Shown one piece after another: positions 9,539 to 18,426 of a DNA stretch of 64,000 nt (its first letter is position 1; every line of letters begins with the position of its first letter). Location of the stretch: IMG/VR virus record IMGVR_UViG_3300050821_003995, positions 1-64,000 of that record. One strand, 5' to 3'. A program made the position numbers and the translations under genes. The stretch is from a virus. The notes below the pieces were generated by a model. It made no database searches, was not told the DNA's origin, and was given only the letters and a program-made list of their open reading frames with translations.

Positions 9539-10600
9539 CTAAGCTCTCAAAGCTTTTTCAATCGGCATCTTAGCCCGGTTGATCCTATTTTTCAAGGTGC
9601 TTAAGGGCAGCTTATACTCCAGCGCCCAAGCAGTCATGGATTGGGTTTTGCCAAAAGCCGTAAACAACTTATATCCAATTCGTGGGCCTGCTTTGCCTTT
9701 TTTGAGTGGCCCGGCAAACAAAGCCTTCTCAAGCGGCATGTTATACTTCAGAACACGTTGACGTATGGTTGAACGTGTGAGGCCAAGTTCTTCAGCCCAT
9801 TCTACCAATGTAAGTGATTTACCAGCAAATGTGTATTTTGGGGCTCTGGATTTCACTTTACGCCTTTTGAGAAGTTTGCCATCGCCGGCATAACGGGAAT
9901 AGCTTGGGGCAAATAGTTCGTCACCTATCATCCCGGCGTGAAAACGCCTTCTCAAAAGATCACGTGGCATTCCCTTTTCATCAGCCCAGTCAATCAAGAG
10001 CTTCTTCACTCCATTATGGGCTATGTAAAGATTATTCCTTAAGTTCCTTTGCTGCTGACCCGCCGTAGCCCACCGACAATTTGTTGGTTCATAATTACCA
10101 TGTTTGTCAGGGAACCGATCAAGGCTGGTGCCTTCGGGGCGTTCACCCATATCATCAATGAAACGCTCAAAACTATTTTTCCAACGCCTACAAACAACAA
10201 CTCCTTTACCACCATAACGGTGATAGTCGGGGGAATTCTTATTCGTACAGCGTTGCAACATGGATTCCCAAGATTTGAAGGTTCTGGTTCCAGTCATCCC
10301 ATGCTTATAATAATTGGCAATCGCGCTGGGGTGACTATTGAGAAGTTTGTCCTTAAACTTCTTTATAAACCGATCCTCAGTTTCCCACATCTTGACGTGT
10401 GTACGACAAATCCTGAAAAGCACAATGTCGAAGTTTGCTTCACCGTATTTGTCCCAGCACTGCTGCAACTTCTTATGGATGCTCTTGCCGGCACGCAAAT
10501 ATACCAAGTGACGCCGTGTTCTGTTTTCCCAGTTTATTCCCGAACCAACATAAATCTCACCCGTAACTAAACAACGAATACCATACACACCTGCTTGCAT
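9539..10600 (-). CDS. free-standing homing endonuclease: GIY-YIG + HNH-type domain + 3 HTH-like repeats
   Basis: GVYGI...YVGS...R...E; then SWESMLQRC...YGGKGV...SLDRFPD...YEPTNCRWAT; repeats HNGVKKLLIDWA / FAGKSLTLVEWA / FGKTQSMTAWA. Confidence 0.85.
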   Translation of the reverse strand: MQAGVYGIRCLVTGEIYVGSGINWENRTRRHLVYLRAGKSIHKKLQQCWDKYGEANFDIVLFRICRTHVKMWETEDRFIKKFKDKLLNSHPSAIANYYKHGMTGTRTFKSWESMLQRCTNKNSPDYHRYGGKGVVVCRRWKNSFERFIDDMGERPEGTSLDRFPDKHGNYEPTNCRWATAGQQQRNLRNNLYIAHNGVKKLLIDWADEKGMPRDLLRRRFHAGMIGDELFAPSYSRYAGDGKLLKRRKVKSRAPKYTFAGKSLTLVEWAEELGLTRSTIRQRVLKYNMPLEKALFAGPLKKGKAGPRIGYKLFTAFGKTQSMTAWALEYKLPLSTLKNRINRAKMPIEKALRA

Positions 10601-10667
10601 TTGAAGGCCCCTGCCGGTTGATTGGGCTAAGAACTTAACCCATTTCACCGGCAGGGTCAACTTTTCA

Positions 10668-13351
10668 TTACGCTGTCAACACACCCTGGAGAACAGTTTT
10701 GTTATCGTTTTGGCTCTTTATCCAAAACTTCTGCATGTTGCCATGCAGCTCGGACTATATCATCACCATTTGCGGTGCCGGGGGCTCGTGGCTGGGTTAT
10801 TCTTTCGTCACCAGCTAGTCTCTAGACCTTCCGCAGCCCTGGGCTTCACCCTACGTCTGCGGCTTGGTACGGGATTGTCTCATTTAAGAGGTTTTCCCCG
10901 TTTCACCCGGTTTTCCTCAGTTTAGTGGTAGGTCTGAGGGCGCGTCTCATTACACGCATTGGACAGGGTCATATTTCCAGCCCAACCAATTAATCTTACC
11001 ATGGCGTCTTGATTTATCGAGAAGCGGTCTGGATCAAGAGGAACCATGTTACGCCTCGCATGGGGTCTCCAATGTAGATATTTGGTATTGAGCATGTAGC
11101 CGGTGGTCGAAGGAGCACCGCCTACTGCACTTGTTGAAGATGACACCTGGGGTGGCAGCGGATCGCTGCTGAAGCCCTGGAAGCCACCATCCAGCACAAC
11201 GTCGCTGTTCAGGTACTTGAGAACCTGAAAGCCAGCCTCAGCCATGTCACCCGGCACTGCCTCAGGGCCAATCCGCTGAATGGATTGGAGGGCCTGGAGG
11301 TAGTACCTGTACATCACGTTATCCATGATGATCAGGTCAGGGTAGTCACGGCCACGGACGAGCTGCACCCACAGCGCGTTCATTTGGCTGATGATGTTTG
11401 CCGCACCCAGCGTGACGCCGCCGTTGGTGTTGGCGGACCACGCCTGATTGCGCCAGAACGTCCACTGTGCACGGTCAATACCTCCAACTGTACCGGAGGT
11501 TGGTGTGCTGGCCACCAAGAGCTGGAGGCCACCCACCGAGTTGGTCACCGTGCCGTCTCCGTAAACTCCCTGGCTCAATCCGTTCATGAACGTATCTTCC
11601 AGATATGTTAGCGTCCCTTTGTGAGGGACGCCGGGGATTTTAACATCCCCCTGCATATTCCTATGCAGCTCGGAGCACATCTTCCCTTCCGGGGTTGGCT
11701 CATGCTCTCTACGCGCGCCCAGAGCAAACTTGCTCTTGCTTGGTTCGGGATTGTCCTTCCGCGTTCCATTGGAACCGGGCATCGGATGTTCCCCGACTTC
11801 GCCAACATTCTGACTACGGCCTTTTAACTCCGTAGCAGGCCCAGCGCTTTATGCGCAAGCGTTCATGATGCGGGATTCGAGAAGGTCAATGATGGCCTCC
11901 TCACCAGAGTTTTGTAACTCCTCAAGGCCGGAGATGGATACCGCGACAGCCGCTTGGCGGATTGGGTACTCCGCCGCAGAGAACACTTGGGAAGGCGCGA
12001 TATTAAGCGTCTGGTACCCAGAATCGATATGTTATTTGTCGACCTGTTTATGATCGGCTTCTGCATGTCACCATGCAGTCCAGACTATCTCTTCCCTTTC
12101 GGGTTGGGCGCTCGTGGACCCGTTACTGCTTTCGCTCGGGGTCTAGTCGTTACACCTTCTGCACCCCTCCTATTCCTAAAAATAGTACGTGTGCAGCTTG
12201 GCTCGGTATTTACTCCACCACCTACCAGCGGTACTGTGGAGTGGTTCACCGACTTCACCCAAATTTCACTAGGAAGCCAATGCCAGCAAACCTGAGTACA
12301 CCATCGATCCGGCCTTGGAGAAAGACTGGATTTGAGTTCCCATGCACAATCTGCGGTAAGATTGTTTACCGCAGGGCATCACAAATAGCCCGTGGTATAG
12401 TCAAAACCTGCGGTGCTCCTGAATGCAAAAGCGCTTCAATGAGCGGTGATAAGAACCCTTTTTGGGGTAAATCACACCCACCAGAAGTACGCGACCGGAT
12501 CAAGACTGGCCGCGCTCTTGCAGTAAAACACAAACGCAAATCAGGACCGCCTAAAACCAACAAAGTCAGAATAGAACGTAAGAAAGCTGTCCGACTTCGT
12601 TGGTTTTCAAACCGGGATGTGATGCTGGCCGGTCTTAAGCCATCAGAAAAGGACAAAACCCGTGAGCAAAAGCGCTACAGATATTGCTTCACTCGATGGC
12701 AACGTGAGAACTGGACCGGTGACAAGTGTGCTTGGTGTGGCACTACGGATGATCTTGTACTTGACCACATCCTTCCAGTTGTATGTGGGGGCAAAAACAA
12801 ACGTACAAACGCACAAACACTTTGCCGACCGTGCAACTTATGGAAGATGGTCTACGTTGACCGCCCGCTGTATCTTGCTGGTTTAGGCCTCGAAGGAGGC
12901 TAGGGGTTTAACCCCACCACTGATATGTCTGATTATCGGCATAATTCAATTCCTGAACTATGGTCCGACCACCAGAAAACGTCTTCAGGTTCCTATGTTA
13001 GCCGCAGTGGCTCTTTATCCACTGCCTCAATGGCTTCACTTCACCATTGTTCGGACTATCTCTTCACCTTTCGGCGCTCCGCGCTCGTGGGTAGGTAGCT
13101 TTCACCCCCACCTAGTCTCTACACCTTCCATGCCCCTGAGCCTTGTTGGGCCTACGTGCATGGCTTGGCTCGGTATTAGCATCTCAGCCTTCACCGAATT
13201 CACGGAGTTACGTGGCAACCTAGATACAACTTTTACCACGCCTTGTGAGCCTCAGCAACGCTGCGTTGTTTCGGCTCATGTTATCAGCGAGTTCCCCGGT
13301 ACGATTTCGGAGAGTCGTAGTTACGATCTCCGATAAGTTTGGGAAGGCCAT
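10668..13351 (-). CDS. major capsid protein, 343 aa, join(13351-13235,12991-12916,12024-11858,11599-10954,10693-10668)
   Basis: Removing 4 introns gives one 1032-nt frame: MAFPNLSEIVTTTLRNRTGELADN...RRG/NLKTFSGG...YQW/YSGYQTL...RIMNA/EDTFMNG...TLSNA/FLQGVLTA; follows the scaffold gene. Confidence 0.93.
10694..10953 (-). mobile_element. group I intron 4 of MCP (260 nt, no ORF)
   Basis: P1 GCGU|GU:ACGCGC with U-G; P AAACGGGGAA, Q AAUCCCGUAC, R UAGAGACUA, S AUGAUAUAGUC; restores SNA-FLQG. Confidence 0.92.
11600..11857 (-). mobile_element. group I intron 3 of MCP (258 nt, no ORF, variant P7)
   Basis: U/G boundaries restore MNA-EDTF; P AAGUCGGGGAA, Q AAUCCCGAAC, P3 GUUGGC/GCCAAC, P7 GAGCA/UGCUC. 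Confidence 0.88.
12025..12915 (-). mobile_element. group I intron 2 of MCP (891 nt) carrying an antisense HNH gene
   Basis: U/G boundaries restore WYSGY; core AAGUCGGUGAA, AAUACCGAG, GUAACGACUA, AAGAGAUAGUC in about 12025-12270. Confidence 0.9.
12280..12903 (+). CDS. intron-borne HNH homing endonuclease (Zn-finger + NUMOD3-like + HNH), antisense to the intron
   Basis: CTICG..CGAPEC; GDKNPFWGKSH; CAWCG...DHILPVVCGGKN..TNAQTLCRPCN; AGGAAG before ATG 12280. Confidence 0.85.
   Translation: MPANLSTPSIRPWRKTGFEFPCTICGKIVYRRASQIARGIVKTCGAPECKSASMSGDKNPFWGKSHPPEVRDRIKTGRALAVKHKRKSGPPKTNKVRIERKKAVRLRWFSNRDVMLAGLKPSEKDKTREQKRYRYCFTRWQRENWTGDKCAWCGTTDDLVLDHILPVVCGGKNKRTNAQTLCRPCNLWKMVYVDRPLYLAGLGLEGG
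12992..13234 (-). mobile_element. group I intron 1 of MCP (243 nt, no ORF)
   Basis: Exon ends in U, intron ends in G; P1 CGUGGU:GCCACG with U-G; P10 AGGUU:AACCU; P AAUUCGGUGAA, Q AAUACCGAG, R GUAGAGACUA, S AAGAGAUAGUC. Confidence 0.93.
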
Positions 13352-13614
13352 TTTCTTTTACCTTTCATGGTTCCCAACCGGTTGATGTTTATGCGCGCTG
13401 CCCTACGGCGTGGTTCGCGGTGCGCCCTGTCCTTGGCCCGCTAATGACGCCTGTCTGACTCTTACGCCCGCACGGTTTGTTACGCTTGCGGCTGACTGCC
13501 CTGTGAGGCACCCCTGACCGCTATGGGGTTTGTTTGTTGAAGCTTTTAGCCCAGCTTCAAGGGCTGACCGTACCTTGTGGGGCACGGCTTGCTTTTTATC
13601 TTTTCACTTGTCAA
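13352..13614 (-). promoter_or_regulatory. structured leader of the MCP gene with upstream TTGACA
   Basis: TTGACA at 13614-13609 (no clear -10); pseudoknot-compatible pairings at 13565-13537 and 13528-13488. Confidence 0.45.
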
Positions 13615-13638
13615 ACAGCGAACGCTTACAAAATTGAA

Positions 13639-14928
13639 TTATACACGCCCCGCCCGCTCAGCGACTTCGCGCTGCGCATCTTCAAGGGATTCACGCACGG
13701 ACTTGCCACGCTTCTGGTTCTTGGGCGCAGCGCCATTGGGCGCACCCGGTGCGCTGATGGGGATGCTACCTGACGCCTTGCGCGCAGCTTCCAGCTTCGT
13801 TCGTTGTGCGTCCTTTTCGGCCTGTGCCGCAGCAGCCTTGGTGGCCGCTTCGGCGTCAACCATGGCCTTCTGGGCTTTGGCGCGCACGGCCGGGTCGGCA
13901 TACACCGCCATATCGTAAGCTTTGTCCAAATCAGCATTGCCATTGGGCAACGGTGGCACCACGGCCGGTTCGCCGTTTGGCCCAGGTGACAGGAACTTCG
14001 CCATGAGGCCGCGCACTTCACCGTAAAATGGCTTGTCCTTGGACCACATGCCCAGCATTTCTTCGGTCTTCTGCATCGATTGCTGCTGGACCGTGGTGGC
14101 AAGCTGGTTGATGCCTTGACCCACCGGGGCAATGATCGAATCGATGTATGCCTTGACGGCAGGATCAAGCTGACCGTTCGGTTGACCCTGCGGGGCACCC
14201 TGTTGCTGCTGTTGAGCCTGCGGGTTCTGCACCATGTGGGCCAACAGCTTGACCGGGTCGATGCCGTAGCTCTGCGCCAGCGCGGCGAACACACCCTCGG
14301 GGGCTTTGCCAGCTTTCAAGCCCGCTGCTTCGCGGGTCAGTGCATCCATCCAGCCAAAGAGCTGCTTGACGGCAGCGGCAGGGGTGATCTTGTGATGCTG
14401 GATGGCCCCCAAGTAGGGCTGGATGGCACCATCAAGTTCGGCGTAGCCCTTCTTCAACTGCTCAACACCGGCCGCCATGTCGGTTTCGCGCTTGGCAACG
14501 GCAGCCTGTACGGCCGGGGGCACCTTGGCCCACTCAGCCTTGGCCTCTTTGGGCCAACCCTCAGGGGCAGCTATTTGCTGTTGTTCCTGCGGCTTCGGCT
14601 CTTGGCCTTCCTGCTCCCCCGCTTCAGGGTCCGGCGCTAGCCCTTCCTGACGGGCGCGGCTTTGCTGCTGACCTTTCTTGGGTTCGGGCTGAGCCTTGCG
14701 AGCTTTATTGGCAGCGCCCTCAAGCTGCTTGCGAAGCTTGCTGCGTCCACTACCTGGTCCTTCCGGCTGCTGTTCCTGCGGTTCCGGCTCCGCGCCCTCA
14801 ACTTCGCCACCCGTGTCGGCTGGCGGCGGGGCAGCCCCACCCGGCTCGGCGCCGGTATCAGCGCCCGCACCGGCACCTGTCTCGGGGGCATAGCAAGGAA
14901 GGGGACCGAATGTTCGCACCAACATCAC
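13639..14928 (-). CDS. capsid scaffolding protein
   Basis: Acidic disordered N-terminus, APEGW..EW motif, LDKAYDMAVYADP; lies between portal and MCP. Confidence 0.8.
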   Translation of the reverse strand: MMLVRTFGPLPCYAPETGAGAGADTGAEPGGAAPPPADTGGEVEGAEPEPQEQQPEGPGSGRSKLRKQLEGAANKARKAQPEPKKGQQQSRARQEGLAPDPEAGEQEGQEPKPQEQQQIAAPEGWPKEAKAEWAKVPPAVQAAVAKRETDMAAGVEQLKKGYAELDGAIQPYLGAIQHHKITPAAAVKQLFGWMDALTREAAGLKAGKAPEGVFAALAQSYGIDPVKLLAHMVQNPQAQQQQQGAPQGQPNGQLDPAVKAYIDSIIAPVGQGINQLATTVQQQSMQKTEEMLGMWSKDKPFYGEVRGLMAKFLSPGPNGEPAVVPPLPNGNADLDKAYDMAVYADPAVRAKAQKAMVDAEAATKAAAAQAEKDAQRTKLEAARKASGSIPISAPGAPNGAAPKNQKRGKSVRESLEDAQREVAERAGRV

Positions 14929-14997
14929 CGTAACTCCGTGGTTTTAAGCTTCGCAGCCAAAGACATGTCTAATTGTCTTCTTGAACGGCGTCAATCG

Positions 14998-15297
14998 CTA
15001 TTTGTTCCTGGCTTCGTACAACGCTTGCCTGATCTGTTCGCGGCGTTGCCCACGATCCATTGGGATCATTTTACGGGGACGTGGCAGGGCCTGTGCATCG
15101 TTGCCATATTCGATACAGCCAGATGCTTTGGTGTCTTTGCGGAATTCCGATTTCGACGTGTGATAGCGCTTCGTAGCCATGTGCAGCGTTGGCTCCATAA
15201 TATCTGAGATCACGCCGGGCGCGCTCTGACTGAAATGCAAGGACTTGGCACGGCGCTTGTCAACAACTTTACCATTACGATACACATAAACCGGCAT
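14998..15297 (-). CDS. small head-module protein
   Basis: MPVYVYRNG...YHTSKSEFRKDTKASGCIEYGND; GAGGAG SD. Confidence 0.65.
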   Translation of the reverse strand: MPVYVYRNGKVVDKRRAKSLHFSQSAPGVISDIMEPTLHMATKRYHTSKSEFRKDTKASGCIEYGNDAQALPRPRKMIPMDRGQRREQIRQALYEARNK

Positions 15298-15385
15298 TGT
15301 CTGCTCCTCAACTTGTTCAAGCCATGATCTTAGCGTTGGTCTAGGGCGCTTACGCTTGCGCCCGCGCCTGATCCTCAATCTCATA

Positions 15386-18007
15386 CTAGGCTGCCGGGTT
15401 TGCAGCCGGTTTTGGCACTTCGGGGGGCTGCATGGCTTCCTTGTGGAGCTGCGCAGCCTCAAACTGCATACGCATCTGCTCCATCTGCACTTCCATTTGA
15501 CGCATCAGCACTTCAAGTTCCTTGACTTTGATGTCTGCGGCCGAATTCTGTTGTTCGGTTTGGCTTTCCATCTCTTGTTTTTGTATTTCAGCGCCTGCCT
15601 GCTGCTGCTCGGCCTGCGATTTGAGATTTGTTGATTGGATCTCCGCGTGAGCCTTGACTGTATCGGCCTGAGCGCGGATTTTGCCAACCTCAACGGCAGA
15701 TTGAGCCTTGTCGGCCGCCGCCTTGGCCTTGATCTGCTCTGGGTTGGGCTGGTTGGCCTGATTTTGCTGTATCTGCTTGGCCTTGACCACCAGTTCGTCA
15801 ACAAGTTTCTCAATCGAACCCTCAAGTGAGCGCCCGACCCGGTAGGCACGTGAGGCAAACTGCAACATCTCACCCAGAAGCGGGATGGCCTCAGGCACCT
15901 GGGCACCCAAAGCAGCCGCTTCGCCAATGTACTTGGTGACGGCCTGCACGAATTCGGTTCTATCCTGCCGATCTTGTGCCTGATCGGGGAAGATAGTGCT
16001 GTCAACTTCAATATCTACCCTGAAACCACGCAGCCGCTCGTCACGCAACAGTCCAATGGCCTTGGCGATCTTCTGCAACGCCTGCATCTTGGCCACCATT
16101 TCGGGCGGCATAGGCGGTTGCGGGGGTAAAATGGTGCCATTGAGCGCCGGGGGCGGCGGTGTTGGTGCCTGACCGGGCATGCCGGGCTGCGGCGGCCCCC
16201 TGAATGGCACTACGTTTGAGGGTGATGGGGGTGCGCCCGGCTGGCCACCGGCCATAGGCGGCTGATTTTGGCCCGGTGGCGGGGCAGGCAGACCCAAAGG
16301 TGAGGGTGGGGCACCCGGCATAGGGGGTTGACCACCTGTCGGGGGTGCCATTTGGCCCCCTCCCTGACCCCCAGGCGGTGCCAAAGCGCTGAGGGTGGGC
16401 ATATCGTCAGCCCCAAGCCCTTCGTCGTAAAGCGCGCCTGAAGCTTCAATCAATGACTGCGGCGAAAAGTGCTGGCACATGATATCGGCCATGATCCTGA
16501 CCGTGTCGCGTGCCAACCGGGCCACTTCGTTTTGGCGGTTGGTCAAGCGGGTGCCGGTAGAATTGGATTTCAGCCGCACACCACCCAATGTTTCGCGGGC
16601 ATCGCTGGTGCCACGCATGATGTCGTTGATGCCGGTCAGCCGATCCATGTCCTCAAGCAGCTTGGCTTTGACCATCACAAGTTCGTTGATCAATCCAATG
16701 ATATCCTTGAGTGGCAGGAAGCTGATATTTCCGGCAACGCCGCCTTCTTCGGCAAACGCCGCCCAATCGTCCACCGGTATGAGTTCGTTCTCTACTGATT
16801 CCTGGAACATCCGCTGGATGTCCTTGGCGGCGGCATTGTACACACCCGTGATCTTGGCAGCCTTCACCAGCATGGCAATGCGCTGGGTCAGGTCATCAAT
16901 TTGAATTGCCTGATCCTCATACTGAATATAATCCGGTACCGGGATCAGCGTATTGGTGGTGGGGTTGGCAAAAATGGGCCGTGGCGTGGGGAAGAACTTC
17001 TCAAGGTTCAGCGGGTCGTCCTTGCGGTCACACAGATAGTTATAACCCATGGCCACCCAGTACACCGTTTGGTCGTCACGGTTCCAAATTTCAAAGATTT
17101 CACCCTTGTCCTGATCGGCCGCCTGCAACGTGGTGTTCTGCGTCTTGTCGCCACGGTGATCCTTTTGCAGTGCAATGGCCTTGCCAATTTTCTTGCCAAA
17201 ACGGCGGATCATTTGATCACGTGACAGGTACACACGCTTGCCTACTGCCGTCACTTCCTTCCAAATGCGGGCACGCACCGGGAACGTGAAGAAGTCATTC
17301 CATGGCACATAGTCAACCGGGGTGGATTCCCGCACCACCCGATCGTCGGTTTCCTCAAGCTTGGTGGTTTCGGGGTCCTGATCTTCACCCTCGTCGGGTT
17401 CCTCATTGCCTTCGGCCAAATGGGTGCGCTTGCGCCCCTTGGGGGTGAGGCTGTCATTGCTGCCGTCGTCCTCAGGGTAATCGCGGTCTGATTTGTCAGG
17501 CAGATGACCCTGAGAGTCACGCATGTCGGTCTGAGTTTCGACCGGCAGTGAAACGCCTTCGGCAATCTGCGGCTCATAGCGCACCCACACCACGCCCTGA
17601 CCGGGCAGCAGGTAGTCATCAACCGCTTGGCCCAAGGATTCATAGTAACCACAAATTTCGACTTCGTTGCGCAAGGCGCGCTCAAGAATAGTTGCGGCAC
17701 CGCGCGCCACCGGGTCCTTGTCGTTGAAACGCCTATCAGCAATGGGCAACGGCTCACGGCCCAGGAGGGCAGGCTTCAAAATTTGCACGTTTGACCACAA
17801 CGAACCGTAGCGCCGTGATCCATCCTCACCTGTCATGCGGATGCGGTCATCACGGTAGCGCTTTTGGATGGCTTCGCCACGCTTCAGATGGCGTTTGACT
17901 TCGGTGTTATCCAACACCGTTTGAATTTGATCCAGCCAGTATTTGGCTAGACGGCGGCTTTCATCACCACCATCGGGACCTGCCAGTTCGTCGAGTTCAA
18001 TGGCCAT
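15386..18007 (-). CDS. portal protein (P22-like with long C-terminal barrel)
   Basis: 873 aa downstream of TerL; TGINDIMRG and FRVDIEVDST motifs; C-terminal coiled coil; Pro-rich insert. Confidence 0.88.
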   Translation of the reverse strand: MAIELDELAGPDGGDESRRLAKYWLDQIQTVLDNTEVKRHLKRGEAIQKRYRDDRIRMTGEDGSRRYGSLWSNVQILKPALLGREPLPIADRRFNDKDPVARGAATILERALRNEVEICGYYESLGQAVDDYLLPGQGVVWVRYEPQIAEGVSLPVETQTDMRDSQGHLPDKSDRDYPEDDGSNDSLTPKGRKRTHLAEGNEEPDEGEDQDPETTKLEETDDRVVRESTPVDYVPWNDFFTFPVRARIWKEVTAVGKRVYLSRDQMIRRFGKKIGKAIALQKDHRGDKTQNTTLQAADQDKGEIFEIWNRDDQTVYWVAMGYNYLCDRKDDPLNLEKFFPTPRPIFANPTTNTLIPVPDYIQYEDQAIQIDDLTQRIAMLVKAAKITGVYNAAAKDIQRMFQESVENELIPVDDWAAFAEEGGVAGNISFLPLKDIIGLINELVMVKAKLLEDMDRLTGINDIMRGTSDARETLGGVRLKSNSTGTRLTNRQNEVARLARDTVRIMADIMCQHFSPQSLIEASGALYDEGLGADDMPTLSALAPPGGQGGGQMAPPTGGQPPMPGAPPSPLGLPAPPPGQNQPPMAGGQPGAPPSPSNVVPFRGPPQPGMPGQAPTPPPPALNGTILPPQPPMPPEMVAKMQALQKIAKAIGLLRDERLRGFRVDIEVDSTIFPDQAQDRQDRTEFVQAVTKYIGEAAALGAQVPEAIPLLGEMLQFASRAYRVGRSLEGSIEKLVDELVVKAKQIQQNQANQPNPEQIKAKAAADKAQSAVEVGKIRAQADTVKAHAEIQSTNLKSQAEQQQAGAEIQKQEMESQTEQQNSAADIKVKELEVLMRQMEVQMEQMRMQFEAAQLHKEAMQPPEVPKPAANPAA

Positions 18008-18419
18008 TGAGATACCAATCCTTCAATGCCCTTGCGTCAGACAGTGCATTGTGTGGAGTTACTGGCACTGGGGCACCTTTAGGTGTCTTCAGGACACGCA
18101 TCGTGCAAGCAAAATCAAGGCTTGATCCATAATCGCGTCCAGCAAGCAAACTAAAAAAGTGTTCTGCGTCAGCGTGCCAATCACAATAGATCTCTGGATC
18201 GGTAAATTGTGTGATGAAGATGTGAAACATCATCCTAAAAACATCCGGGTTTAAGGGCACCCTATCAAGAACTGGAAGCACGTGTTCCTTAACCCACGGG
18301 TGTGGGTTGGCCGGCAGGTCACACACTTCATACCAAAAATCTCCCGTCTCAGGCACAACTGCCATGGAAATCAATTCACCACCAAATCCATTAAATTCAG
18401 TATCCAAAAACAGACGCAT
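17997..18419 (-). CDS. DEDDh 3'-5' exonuclease-like protein
   Basis: FLDTEF...HNALSDARAL. Confidence 0.8.
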   Translation of the reverse strand: MRLFLDTEFNGFGGELISMAVVPETGDFWYEVCDLPANPHPWVKEHVLPVLDRVPLNPDVFRMMFHIFITQFTDPEIYCDWHADAEHFFSLLAGRDYGSSLDFACTMRVLKTPKGAPVPVTPHNALSDARALKDWYLNGH

Positions 18420-18426
18420 CTTACCC

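Noticed and set aside
10922-11782. 286-aa ORF as the complete capsid protein
   Set aside because: Its first 61 residues are read through intron 3 and its tail (CNETRPQTYH) is intron 4; only exon 4 is real capsid sequence.
12073-12279. N-terminal extension of the HNH ORF
   Set aside because: It is the antisense of the ribozyme core; ATG 12280 has an SD and directly precedes the domains.
12880-12915. Hairpins at the intron 2 5' end as IS200/IS605 (IStron) ends; HNH as IscB/Cas9-like
   Set aside because: No TnpA, TnpB or RuvC motifs; the protein is a short Zn-finger/NUMOD3/HNH enzyme.
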